Assembly (NCBI GenBank): GCA_001643675.2
Contig: LSRY02000006.1
Location: 1,178,001-1,242,000, forward strand
Source of the DNA: Monocercomonoides exilis PA203
Taxonomy: Eukaryota; Protista; Preaxostyla
DNA length: 64,000 nt
Direction of reading: 5' to 3'
The position numbers were made by a program, and so were the translations under genes. The notes beneath the pieces were generated by a model. It ran no database searches, was not told the origin of the DNA, and worked only from the letters and a program-made list of their open reading frames with translations. Below, piece after piece: positions 49,750-62,688 of the stretch (position 1 is its first letter; each line of letters starts with the position of its first letter).

Positions 49750-52700
49750 ATGACACGGGTAACAAAAGCAAATGACCCGGTAGGAAGAGAGAAATGTATG
49801 ATGCAAGAATTTATTTTTGTAACTTGAACTTCTTTTCATGAATAATTTAGATCACTTTTACAAAAAAATTGGGCAAGGCGCTTCAGGTAAAGTCTATTTG
49901 GCAAAAAATATTATTACAAATAAGAAGTTTGTTGTGAAGATGATCGAATGCATGAATGAGGAAGAAGCAGATGACGTTGAAAAAGAAATCTCATTCCTTG
50001 CAAAATTTCACACCCCATTTATTGTCAAACTTGAAGAAAGTTTTGTTGAAGGAGAAAAAATATATATTGCAATGGAATATTGCGAAAATGGTGATCTTAA
50101 TAAGCTTATCAAATCAAATAAAGCCAAAAAGACACTAATACCTGAAAAGGTACTATTTCTAAAGATTTGAATGAATTCACCTTCTTTTTATGATTTTTTC
50201 ATTCAGATTGTGCTGGATCTGTTTACTCAAACAACTTTTGCACTTGCTGAGATTCACAAACAGCATGTTCTCCATCGAGATATCAAAGCTGATAACATTC
50301 TTGTGGGAGAAAATGAAATTATAAAGCTAGGTTTTGTTTAATATATTTATATTGCGTAGTTTTTTGAAATTTTTTTCTTTATTTTTCTTTTCTTTTTTTT
50401 TCAAAAGGTGATTTTGGTGTCTCCAGAAGTCTTCGAAATACTGTTGATTTTGCATCGACAATGATTGGCACTCCTTATTACATGTCTCCTGAAATTCTAA
50501 CTGGATATCCGTTTGCTTTTTATTATCCTTTGTCTTTCATTTTTTGACTGATTCAACAAACAAACTTTTTTTTCCCCATTTTAATGTATTGTTTGTTATT
50601 TCAATCATGCTTTGCATGAACTGCAAACAATATTGTTTCTACTCTTCAATTGGTGCAGATATAACTACAAATCGGATATTTGGTCATTGGGCTGTCTGTT
50701 ATATCAGCTATGCACTCTTTCTCTTCCATTTTTGGCTCCAAACGTAACTGCTCTAATACGAAAGATAGAAGCAGCTGAAGTTGATGCGCTGCCTGATGAA
50801 TATTCAGAGGACATGTCTTTGCTTGTTGTTGCATTGTTGAACATCGTGTGAAATTAGAATTTCGTTTATGATTTTCTTTCAAGCAAATTTCTTCTTCTTT
50901 TAATCGATTCTCCATTTTTTGAAACAATTTTGTTTTATTGGTTTTGTATTTTGACGTTTTTTCTTGCTTAACTTTTTGAACAATATCCTTTTCACATAAA
51001 AATATTCTTCCTTTTTCATTCACTATTTATCTTTTATTCAATCTCATTCAACACTCTTTATTCCCTTTCACAGGATTTTGAGCAAAGACCAACAGCAGCT
51101 GACATTCTAAGAAGCCCAATCATCATCAACAGAATGAAAGAATGGCTAGCTGAGCATCAATCTGATCCTGCGATATCGGCTGGGTATAGCTTTTATTACT
51201 CATTTATCCATTTTCATATTTTCATATTTCTTTTTTTTTCAATGTCTTTTCATTTTTATTTATCATCAATATCATTTTCTTTTATAACTGCCCTATCATT
51301 ATGCCCTCATTCATTGCATTCACCTTCTTCCCACAAATCTTCTCCCCTCATTCTTATCATCCTTCTTTTTCCTCCTCCACTAACTCCTCTCAATGAAAGT
51401 GCGCCTTCATCATCACTCGACGAGGTGCGGGCAGTTTACATGGAGCATTTAGCATCAGTCACAACAGTCAACGACCCAGCTGCTCCTCTTTCTACCGCTG
51501 ATGCAAAAGCAAGTGAATCAAAAGAGAAGGAAATGGAGAAGGAGAAAGAGAAGGAGAAAGAAAATGAAAGGAAGAAAGAAGAAGAATTGAAAGAGGAAGA
51601 AGAGAGGAAGAGAAGAGAAGAGTTACAGAGAAAGAAGGAAGAGGAAGAACAAGAGCAAGAAAGGATCCGAAAGATGAAAGAACAGGAAGAACAAGAAAGA
51701 CAGAGAAAAGCCAAACAACAACTACTTCAACAACAAGAAGCAGAAGCTGCCGAAGAAGAAGAGCGGCGCGCGAAGGAGACGCTCAAAGTGAAAGCAGCTG
51801 AGCTGCAGACGATGATATCAGCGCGCGCCTCACTCACTCTGCCTCAGCTGGTGAGTGAGATGGAAAGTTTTGTGTCTTCTCTCTCGTCTTCTTCCTCTCA
51901 AAGACAGCTGCTTTCGATCTTCGTCACGTTCAAAGCAAGAATACAGTCGCCTTTGCCGTCTGACTTGGCTGAGGCGATGCAATCTCCGTCTTCTCTTTCG
52001 TCTTCTCTGACATTCTCAGCCAGCAAATCCCTTTTTTCTGCAAAGAAAAGAGCTTCAATGAACTTATCTTCGTCGTCATCGTCGTCGTCGTCTTCTTCTT
52101 CTTCTTCAGCGTCTTCCTCCTCCTCTTCTTCTTCCAATTATCAATCTTCAGCATCTTATTCGTTGAATACTCTGCACAAAATGCTTCTGATTGACACAAA
52201 CCTTCTCAATGTCATCAATGATATCCTCGTCTTCTACCTCATCTCTTCCACTTCGGATGCTTTTTCTCCACAACTGCCTTTTTCATTCACAGTTGATGCT
52301 TCCTCTTCCTCCTCCTCTTCTTCTTCTTCTTCCATTTCCTCCTCTAAAAGCTCTTCATCATCTTCCTCTTCCTCTTCTTCCTCATTCGTATCTGACACTC
52401 CCGTCTCCTCTCCATCCCTCACCCCTTCCAGCTCTCTTTCCTCTTTCCCTCTTTCTCTCTCTCTTTCCTCTTCTCTCAAGCCTCCTCCTTTGTCTTCCAC
52501 GCCCATTGACCCGTCGCTTGTGCATTCTGCTTTGAAGATCCTTTCCTTGTTCCCCTTTTCGTCGTCGTCTTTCTCGTCGCTTTTGTTTTCTCACCCGCTT
52601 TTCTCCTCTTTGCTGTCTTGCATCATCCTGCTTGGTAGTTGTCTTGATGCAAAAACACTGTTGAAGGAGAAGGAGAAGGAGAAAGAGAAAGAGAAAGAAG

Positions 52701-55700
52701 CTGGATTTAACTCAAAAGAAAGTGTAGTATCAAAGGAATTGAAGGATGAAGAAGAGAAAAGCGGAGTTGAGTTTTATTGGCAGGATAGGAAGATTGTGCC
52801 AACAATGTTTGATGTTCTACACACTCCTTCACTTTCTGCTTGGTTATCTGGATCAAATCCAAATACTTCATCATCATCTTCTTCTTCCTCCTCTTCCTCC
52901 TCTACCTCCTCTCCTTATCCTTCGCCTTCCTCTTCTCCCTCTGCTTCTTCCTCCTCCTCCTCCTCTTCCTCCTCCTCCTCATCATCATCATCATCTTCTT
53001 CTTCTTCCGTTCATCCACTCACCCACGGTGATGTCTGCACCCTCTGCTTGTCTGTTGTGAATGACGTGTGGAACGGCGAGCTCAAACAGAAAGACATGAG
53101 CGAAATGAAAGGAGCAGAAGAGTATGTTGTGCAGGCAGCAGCGTCTGTCTGCTGGGGGTGGATGAATGGAGGGTGGCTGTGGGAGTGTGGAGATGAAGAG
53201 AAGGAGAAGGAGAAAGAGAAAGAGAAAGTGAATGAGAAAGCGAATGAAGTGGCTGGAAATCAAGATTTGTTCAATCAAAGACGATTCTCTGGCGAGAAAG
53301 GAGCAAGAGCTTCAAACGGAATGGCACCTGCGTCATTTTTGTCAGTTGCCTCGCAGCTCTCTCAGAACAGCAGCGACTTTGATCCATTCACACAGAAATC
53401 GCCTCAGTCGATGGAAGCAATGCAAATGCAGATTCAGATGCAGATGCAGAATATGAAGCAGAATCTAAAACAGGTGGCACAGAAGAAGAAGCAGAAGCAG
53501 CTGGTTCCTCTTCTGCCACCTCCCATTGCGCTGTCGCTGCTGGAGTCTGTTGCAACTCAAGGCTCAAAAGTGGCAGATAAGAAGAAGCAGAACTCGTATC
53601 TTGCACTGTTTGAATCGACGGGAGCTGAGGAATTGCTCATCCGCTTGTTCCACCAGCAGCTGAGGCAGTTTCAGGCAGAGATGAATGGGAAAGATGTCTC
53701 TTCTTCTTCTTCTTCTTCATTGCTTTCCCCCTCTTTAATCACTCTTTCAGTCACACTTGCCTTTCTCAACCGCAGTCGCCCTCTCAACACACGCACAGAT
53801 GGCATCTTACTTCCTTTGAAGCATCTGTTTCTGTCAGACAACGCAGAACTGCAGACAAAGGCATCGCTCGCTCTTCTTTCGCTGTCTCCTTGTCCTGGTT
53901 TGTTGATGGTGGTGATGTTTGTGTTTTTATTGGCAATATTTTAAATGGACGTTTTAAAAGTTTTTTTTTTTTTTTTAAATGAAAAAAATATGTTTTATAA
54001 ATCTGGAAATATCATTCTGTGGATCTGTGTTTAATTTATATCATATTTTTTTTATTTTATTTTATCTCTTCTTCTTCAATTTCCTCTCTTTCTATATGTA
54101 TATCAGCCAACCAGCCTCTCATGGACAGTTATGGAGTCCTTTCTTCTCTTGTGGCTACGCTTCAGTCTCATCCCGAGTCGGGATCGAGTGTCAGCGCCGC
54201 ATACATTCTGATGGACATCGCAGCTACCAGCACAAACAGTGCAGGAAAAGAAGAGAAAGAGAAGGAGAAAGAGAAGGAGAAAGAGAAAGAGAAGGATAAA
54301 GAGAAGGAGAGAGAGAAAGAGAAAGGAGCATCCAAAAACCTGAGGCAGACGTTGGTTGACTACGGACTTGTGGATGCGATCATCCGCTCTTTGATGCCTG
54401 TGCCACTTGCCTCACAGCTATCTGAGAAATATGCCTTATATGAGAATGTCTTTGGGAAATCTACTTCTTCTCCCTCCTCCTCTTCTTCTTCTTCACAGAA
54501 ACAATCCAATGCTCATTGCTCTTCCTTCCAATCTGACTCCTTTTCTGACTCTGATACTTTGTCTCAGGTTTCATCGCTCTCTTATCTTGAGCTGGCTGAT
54601 GTATGCGTCTTTATTCTGTCGCATCTTCTTTCTGACGCATCGCTGATATGTCATCATTCATCATCATCATCATCATCTTCTTCTTCTTCTTCTTCTTCTT
54701 CTCATTCTTCTCATTCTTCTCATTCTTCATCAAATTCACTTTCACTTTCACTTTCACTTCCCTCTTATCTTGTCTCCCTGTCATTCATTCCGGTCCTGTT
54801 TGCTCTGTTAGACAAAGAATACGATGCTGCTGACAAAATAATCGAAGAAAGGATTATGAAACATTCTTTTCAAAGCAGCAGTTTTGACGACAAGCAATCT
54901 TCAAAAATGAAAGAGGAGGAAGAAAAAGCCTGGAAAGAATTGTTTATCTCCTCCTCTCCTCTTGTTTCTTCCTCCTTTTCCCCTCACAAAAGACCCGCAG
55001 CTTTGTCCATTGTCGATTCGGAGTCCTTCTATGACAACATTTTAAGCCTCGTCGCGAAAATTGCAAAGAATTGCACAGCCGAGCATTCGCGTGCGATTGT
55101 GGAAGAAGGTGTGATTGGCGTGATGATGAAGATCATCCAGAAGGCGCCAGAGATCAAAAGGAAGGCTGCAGCACAGCAGGTGCTCGAGATCATCGCCATG
55201 AACGGTGCGAAAGACGAGGAGAAAGAGGAGGAAGAAAAAAGGAGGAAAGAAGAGGAAGACAAAGAAAACAAAGAAAACAAACAGAAAAGCACAGATGCTT
55301 CCAGGTTGTCAACATCTTCAGTCTCTTTGAAAGTTCCAGCACCGATCCGGAGCAAAAACTTGTTCTCTGATATTTACAAGGAAAGTGGGGCGACTCAATG
55401 TGCTGCTGATGTGTTTGCGCGCACAACAAACGATGCACTGAAGCAGTCTTCTGCTTCTTCATTCCTATTTCTCCATTGCACAGCCCATCCTTCGTCAACT
55501 GTGTTCTGTTCATCATCTTCTTCTCCTGTTGTTGCTTCATCATCTTCTTCTTCTCCAACTCCCTTTTCCTTTGCCTCTGGTTCTGCTTCCGCTGCCTCTG
55601 CCTCTCACACACATCAGCCCTCATATCGTTCTCAAACAGCACAGCAAATTCTCAATAGCCAAGCTGTTCTTGAACCTTCTCTCAAAAAGACTATCAGTGA

Positions 55701-56044
55701 AATGGCTGCGTATCTTTCATCCAACCTCAACACAACGATTGCGAGGCAGGCTGTGGAGAGAACGAAACATGCGCTGCTTTGTGTGGCTGGATGGTTTGCG
55801 TGCTATTCATTTGACACATTTGGCATAGCTGATTCAGTTTTGGGAGTCAGCGAGAAACAGAAAGAGAAGGAGAAAGAGAAAGAAGAAAGCCAAAAGGATG
55901 ATTCGAGTATGTCCACAGTGAAAAGCCGGATAAATGCATTTGAGAAGAACCAGAGTCCAATCGCACCGTCGGGTTCTTTGCTTCGCTCCAACACATCCAC
56001 CTCTTCTCGCTTGCCTTCTTCTCCTCAGCCGCCTCCTTCTTTTG

Positions 56045-56075
<31 letters not shown>

Positions 56076-57535
56076 CTCTCATCTCATTTCAGGCAGTTCC
56101 CAGTCACTTCTATCTATTTCTCCGCACTCACACGATTTGTCCCGCTTAGCATTCATCACTTTTCCCCAATCTTCTTATTCCCTGTGCTGTTTGGGCAGCA
56201 CATGCGCCTCTTTCACAGAAACCAGAGTGAGTCTGCTGATAAGTGGGATATTCGGCTGCCTCGCTGGCGAAGGAAGCGTCTGGAAAGCGACAGTCAAGTT
56301 CTCAGGAACAAGAGGAAGAAGCAAAAGAGGAAGCGGGAAGTACAAAAGAGCCAAGAGAGATCAGAAAGCGAGTGAGTTTGGATTTTCCGAGAGCGGAGAC
56401 AAGCGAAAGGGCGTTGCAGTTGAAGGCAGCAGCGATGGATCAAGCAGCAATGGATTGAATGTGCAATCAGCAAATGCGTTTTCTCCTTCATCGTCTCCAA
56501 ATGCTTCTTCTCCCTCGTCTTCTGTCTTCAGCAATAGGAGGATGACAATTGCTGCTGATAACCCTTTCCTTCTCGTGCAAGGCAACGTGTCTTCTGCTCA
56601 GCAGTCTCCGCTTGCACCTTCGCTCTTCGGAACTCCCTCTGCAGCTGCTTCTTCCTCTTCTGCTACTTCTCCCTTCTCACCTGCAACTCTGGCACCATCT
56701 CGCCTTCATCAAGGGATGAAAGCACAGGGGATGCTGGAACCAGATAAAATATCACATGTGAGAAGCTATTCGGTTTCATCAGCTGCACCAAAACTGGCAT
56801 CACAAGAAGAAGAATCAACGTTTGGCTTCGGACTTGTCTTCCACACTGCACAGGATCTGCTGGCGATGAAGCCTGATTCTTCAATGCAAACACAGGCTGT
56901 TAGCAATGAAGCTTCAACTGCCTCCTCGTCATCTTCAAAAGGATCTGTTTCTTTTTCTCCTTATTTCCAGCTTGGCTCAACTTCTGCTTCTCTCTGCCTG
57001 CAGAACTGTGGAAGCTGCCTGCTGCGCGGGAGAAGAGTTTCGATGCCGCAGCGGATTGAGGAAGGAGACAAGGTGTCGATTGAAGTGAATGGCAGAAGAA
57101 GAGAACTGTATGTGCAGATTAATAACGCCATCATCCCGTTTGCTGTGTCAAACTTGCCAGATAAGTACTTTTCATTTGCGGTGTGTTTCTAAATTATATT
57201 TTTGTTTATTTTATTTTAATTATTTAATCAAAAAAAAATTTATTTTTATATTTTCTTCTTCTTCTTTTCCAACTTGTTTTTCACTCCAATCGAAATTTCA
57301 TCTTTATAAATTTTTTATTTGTTCTTTCTTTTCATTTTCTTCTTCTTTTTAAACTTTCATGTGAAATTGAAATGATTTGAAATGTTGCTCTGTTTTTTTA
57401 ACATTCTTCACTTTTCAAATATTTCAGATAACAGCTGAATGCAACGGGCTTTCTTGTGAGCTTGTGTCAGTTAAGAAGCTGACAGAAGAAGAATCCACTC
57501 CTCCTGTCCCATCATTTGCACAATATCCATTCTAA
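49750..57535 (+). CDS. NEK (NIMA-related) Ser/Thr kinase with coiled-coil, ARM-like helical region and C-terminal SPRY/B30.2-like domain; multi-exon
   Basis: Spliced kinase domain: EKYHFYKKIGQGASGKV (first exon 49750-49795, intron 49796-49850), VVKMI, MEYCENGDL, HRDIKADN, KL|GDFGVSR, IGTPYYMSPE, YNYKSDIWSLGC, RPTAADIL. It continues through ORFs 51134.. and 54019.. (intron 53898-54106) to a last exon at 57428-57535. SPRY-like segment EEGDKVSIEVNGRRRELYVQIN...NLP...FSFA. Confidence 0.85.
54250..54325 (+). repeat. Coding (GAGAAG/GAGAAA)n repeat encoding an EK dipeptide run; similar runs at ~51530, ~52665, ~53200 and ~55860
   Basis: Visible hexamer repeats translating to EKEKEKEK within the NEK gene. 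Confidence 0.85.
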
Positions 57536-58162
57536 AGCTTTAGGTAATATGCCCTTCTCATCTCCTTTCTTCCTCTCTTTGTTTCTCTTCTTCCTTCTCT
57601 CGTATCCTTTTATTTCTCCTTTCTTCTGCTTATGTAATTTTTGTGAGCGAATTTTTCCTTCATATTTCGAGATACATAAAGAATATGTAAGTCTTTTGTT
57701 TAAATATATTGACTGAATATTTCTTAGGAATGTAATATTATTATCTTTCTTGTTAATATAATCATTGCTTTCATCTACATTATTTTTAGTACATTTTCAT
57801 ATTATAAATTGATATTTCCATTTTTTTATTATTTGTTCATTTTTATTCTTTATCACTTTCGCGCATTCTATCTATTTCTCAAATTTCGTAGCATCTATAA
57901 CTTCAATTTATTTGTTTTTAATTTTAACTTATATACTATATCTAAATTTTTATTTCCGTTTATTCTCTGTCATATCAAGTTTTTATACTCTTAAAAGGTT
58001 TTCAAATTCAGAGTTGATATTTTCACAAGTTTTTAGTGCTTTCTGAATAATGATGATGTGTGTAAAAATAATTTTAATTTTTATAATATTATTTTTTCAA
58101 TAAAGTTTAATGCATAAGGACTGTTATTAATTAACAATAATCTTGTCAAATATATGCAATGA

Positions 58163-60544
58163 ATGAAAAAGGGTGAAGGATCAAATGTCAGAAGAAAAAA
58201 CTGTGTTGCCACGTTTGTAGATTATATTGAGAAATGATATGCTGTGTTTTAATAAACATATTGTGTTTTATAAAAAAGCTGAACAATGGTCTCGTGGAAA
58301 GCGGTACAACAAAGCCAAGCCTCCAACTGAAGTATTTTTGCTTTATTTTTGTGTATTGTATTTTTGAAAAAAATGTTAATGCAAATAAGATAACACAATT
58401 ATATGCATCTGATAGTCTCATTATTCGCTCAACGGAAAATTGGGAAGATTTTCTATTTCCAAGAGCAGTGGAGATCGTTTCACCAAAGGGTCCCCTTTCT
58501 GAGATTCTTGGAGTTCCTTCTTCGAAGTATAGAATCTTTATTAAATTAAATTCCGTATCATGAACTTTAAAATATTTTTTGTTTTTTTTTAGATTTAGTG
58601 ACTTTTTTGAAAGCTTATTTACTTTTATTCAGGAAAAGCAATTAAAAAGGATTATATTTCGTTTTGAATATTATTGGAAATACGTTTGATTTTATCAAAG
58701 CATATTTTCATTTTTTTTAACTGAGTATTTATAACATTTTTCAATGCATTGTTGAAATTATTTCAATAATTCTTGTTTGTCAATAATCAAGAACGACAAA
58801 GGTGAAAGTGAAATGACAAAAGCAAGATGTTTTTTGGTTATGAAAGTTGATGTTTATAATCACCTAATAACGCACTTAGATAAGGCTGTTGTGCGAAAGC
58901 AAGATGATGTTGATCCAATTTTGGGAAATCCATCAGACGAAGAAAAAGACGGTGAAGATGAAACTGTAATTCTTTCTGGAGAACAGTGGGTCCTTCAAAC
59001 GAAAAAATGCAAACAATTTTTGGATGCACATCCGAAAGAACCAGTCCAGAAGTTATCAGATTGTCCAATTGATTTACTTGAAAGTGTGTCTTGATGAATT
59101 TTTTTTTTTGTATTGATTATTTAATGGCTATTATCCATCTAACTATTCCAATTTTGCTTGATGAAAAATTGATTGTTCTTCATATACTGTTGATCAACTT
59201 TTGCGTAGCTATGATGTTTAATGGATTATACCGTTTGGCAATTGACAGAAAGATGCCAGAACTGAATGTTACATGCAATGCAGTGTGTTATCAACTTTTC
59301 CGCATTATAAATAATCTCATGTTTTATTTGTAATTTTTGATATCAAAATAATTGATAATGTTTAAATTTCAAAACATGTCATAAATTTATTGAACAAACT
59401 TGGAAATAATTTGAAATGTTTAGAATGACGTTCCATTTATCATGCGTGTGTATGTTCCAGAAGAGTGGGAAAAGGAGCTGTACTCGCCAATTCAAGAAGA
59501 CAAAACACAGGTTGCTAGTTCGAGCTCTCATTCTTCGTCTTCCTCTTCTTCAACGTCTGCTGTGAGAGGAGAACGAAAAGAAGCTCTTTTGTCCTCTCCG
59601 CCTCTGATGGGAAGAGCCAGAGACGAGAAAGATGAAAAGAAAAGGAAATATGAAATTGACTGGGAGAGAGGGAAGAAATTAGAAGGGAAAAATGACAAGG
59701 ACGAGAAAAAGGATAAAGGACGAGAAAAGAAGAAGAAAGCAAAAACCGCAGATGATGGTATGCTTTTTATTTTTGAAATGAGAAAGTGAGGATTGTATTG
59801 AGTGAGTCAAAGGTCATATTAATTTTTCATTGTTTTTTGTAAACTTGTTTGACTATTGAGAGGATATATTCATCTGCTTTAAATAGTTTTTCAGTGTAAT
59901 TCTTTGCATTGGATACTTTTTTCTTTACAAACATTTTCTTTTTTTATTTATTTGCTTGCTTGCTTGTTTTCAATTATTTGATTATTCCGTTTTTCTGTTT
60001 TCTGTGGAATTTAATAATTCTGTTTACTCTTTCAAAAGACGGTGAATGGAAAGTGGCAAAAACACGCAATGCAAAGAAAGCAGCAGTTGAAGCAGAGGAA
60101 AGGAAAAGAGAGCAGGAGAAAGAGAAAGAAAGAAAAGAGATAAGAGCAGAATATGAAAAGATGAAAAAAGCACGAGAAGAAGAGCGAGCAAGAAGAGAAG
60201 CTCTTGCAAAGGAAGAAAAATTGCGCAGCGGTGAAGCAGAAGAAGGAGAAAAAGAGGGAGAAACCGTTGAAAAAAGCACAGGTGAAAAAGAAGATGAAGA
60301 AAAAGCAGAAATAGCAGATGAAGCTAACAAAGTTGATGATGATAAAAAGAAAGAGGAGCAGGCCAACGAAAAGTCAAATACAGCTTCTCAGCCTGCGCCA
60401 AAAGCTAAATCAAAGTCAAAATCCAAGAAAGGCGAGAAAAAAACAGTTGAATATTCTCAAAAGCAAACAAAAAGTATGGTCAAGAAATTAGAAAAAGAGA
60501 AAAAAAAGGTTAACTCAATGTTTGATCTTCTAATGGATGCGTAA
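58163..60544 (+). CDS. Hypothetical multi-exon protein with a Lys/Glu-rich C-terminal half
   Basis: Coding-like islands (58163-, 58279-, 58416-, 58593-, 58792-, 59249-, 59424-, 60039-60544) are separated by AT-rich GT-AG segments, and the protein ends VNSMFDLLMDA*. The start and several exon borders are uncertain, and I recognise no family. Confidence 0.55.
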
Positions 60545-61519
60545 ATGGAAAATGAAAATGAAGGAGGAACCGGAAGAGAACATATTATTGATTAATAGTT
60601 GTTCTTTTCTCTGTATGTAAACTTATTGTTCGTTTTATCCTTCATTTCAAAAATGTGCAATTCGAAAATAAAAATTTACAAATTTACTGCATCGGAATCG
60701 TGAAGATATTCATTCTTCTATGCTTTTTGATTAGGAAACAAAATTTTTTTCATGCTTTTAGTTGAAAAGTATCTTGAATAGTTTTCAACAACTCAACATC
60801 CCCTTTTAAATTATTCACGGTTGTTTAAGTTATAAATATGCTTTCATTCATCGATAAAACATTATCATCCTTCACAAACAGTCAACTGTATGTTCAGACA
60901 TTACGTTGTTACTTTATCGCATTCAACAAAACTCTTTTTTTATGCAGAAAGTGAAATGTTATTCCTTTGAAGATGTCAACAATAGGAATAAAGTTAAAAA
61001 GCAGAATATAAGAAATAGAAGCATGAAGGTATTTTTTATTAGTAAAAAGAATAGAAAATTTTAATTTGAATAACTTTACTTTTTGGAAGAAGAATGGAAA
61101 TTTTTAGGTTGTAAGAAAAAAGAATGAATCAAATAGTCTTCAAATATGGGAAAAGAAGAAGATTTCCATTTATGGAAAATTTTTAACAAAACAAAAATAA
61201 ATTAAATAAACAAGAATAGACAGCAAAATGTTTACACAAGAACTCGCTCCATCAATTGCACATGATAAAATCGAAGATTTAAAGAGAGTTATTGGTTGGC
61301 GAAAAAATATCAACTTTTCCTGTAACTTCTGTTTTAAAAAGAAACTTCACTAAACTTAAAAAATATAATTATGAGATAAAGATACCTTTTGCAATTTTGA
61401 ACAAAATGATTATTGATAATTATAATTTACGATTTCTCTCAATAACAACTTTAGTCTCTTCTCTCTTCTCCAACTTCCACCCCAATCATCCTGTTCTCTG
61501 CATCTCTATCTATTACAAC

Positions 61520-62459
61520 TCACAGCATCTGCTGCCGTAAAGGAACATCATCCGACATCAGGGCATCTTCATCGCTTTCTGTTGCCTCTGGATCAACAAT
61601 CTTGAAAGGTGCCACTTGAGCTAATTTTCCTTCAATATAAAATCTCACATCATATGTTCCTGGAGGCCATGGTCTGAATAAATCAAAGTTGCAACGTTTC
61701 CAAATCTTTAAAGGAAATCAAGCAGACCTTGGAAGCTCTGCATGAGCATAAATTACATTCATTTGAATTGGATCGACTGGGCACGAAACGATTTCAAAAT
61801 TGTTCGGCTTTTATATAGCAAGTTGAAAAAATAAAAATAATTTGAAAAGATGACATGTTTATGTCTGAAAATAGATGAAATGCATACCACTTTTTATTGA
61901 ATTCAGTGTTTTTTCATAAAAATGGAATTGACTGTGCTTTAAAAACATCAAAAACAAACCTTGACCATAAGAATCTCTACAAATTTGAATGATTATTTTA
62001 AAATTGTTTTATAAATGTTCAAAATATTCATTCAAACCTGCAAATCCATGATATTTTCCCCTTTAATCCAGGCTAAAATATTCAATATTATGCATTTAAA
62101 AATATTATGATAACAAAGCCGTCATGACAATTCACTAAATAATGATTTTCGAACCTCAATTCTATTTAAAACAACTCTGGCATAAATTCGCTCCTCTAAT
62201 GAATTAAATAAAAATAAACATTTAAAAATAACAGAGAAATCTTTAGGTATACCAGTTGAATAAAATAGACCAGGAACAGGATCACCAAGTTCTCCATCTC
62301 CAGTACTCCTGAGAAAAATAAAATTTTTTAATGAAATCATCCTGGAATTATCCATAATGTGCAGAACCTGTGAAGTGTCAGCTCTTCCACTATAATTCCA
62401 TTTGGGTCAGTCAATTGGATTTCATTGGACAGACCACTCTTTCCACAACAACAACCCAT
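61520..62459 (-). CDS. Small multi-exon protein with an N-terminal dual-acylation motif and a probable Ig-like beta-sandwich
   Basis: Starts MGCCCGKS. Short exons encode STGDGELGDPVPGLFYST, ERIYARVVLNRIE and PGLKGKISWIC, and the last exon encodes PWPPGTYDVRFYIEGKLAQVAPFKI...QQML*. Middle exon borders are approximate. Confidence 0.65.
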
Positions 62460-62605
62460 GAAAACAATCAATAAAAATAAACTGATCAAAAATAAAATAT
62501 CTATGGTCTTAAGATCACTAAACAACAAATTTTGTGAATAAGTGAAAAACTTAATAATCTGACAAAGATGGAATATCAATTGTGAATATTGGAATTATAA
62601 TAAAC

Positions 62606-62612
62606 AAAAAAA
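62606..62612 (-). terminator. RNA polymerase III oligo(T) terminator of tRNA-Arg
   Basis: A T7 run lies 2 nt downstream of the tRNA discriminator base on the minus strand. Confidence 0.75.
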
Positions 62613-62614
62613 TA

Positions 62615-62688
62615 CGACCCTGGTGGGATTCGAACCCACGACCTCGGGATTAGAAATCCCACACGCTATCCAGCTACGCTACAGGGCC
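62615..62688 (-). tRNA. tRNA-Arg (anticodon UCU), intronless
   Basis: The reverse complement GGCCCTG TA GCGT AGCTGGATA GCGT G TGGGA TTTCTAA TCCCG AGGTC GTGGG TTCGAAT CCCAC CAGGGTC G folds as a 74-nt cloverleaf. There is no encoded CCA, and an oligo-T follows. Confidence 0.95.

Noticed and set aside
62645-62662. Possible amber-suppressor tRNA (CTA visible in the anticodon arm)
   Set aside because: With a 5-bp stem and 7-nt loop (TTTCTAA), positions 34-36 are TCT, so this is an ordinary tRNA-Arg.
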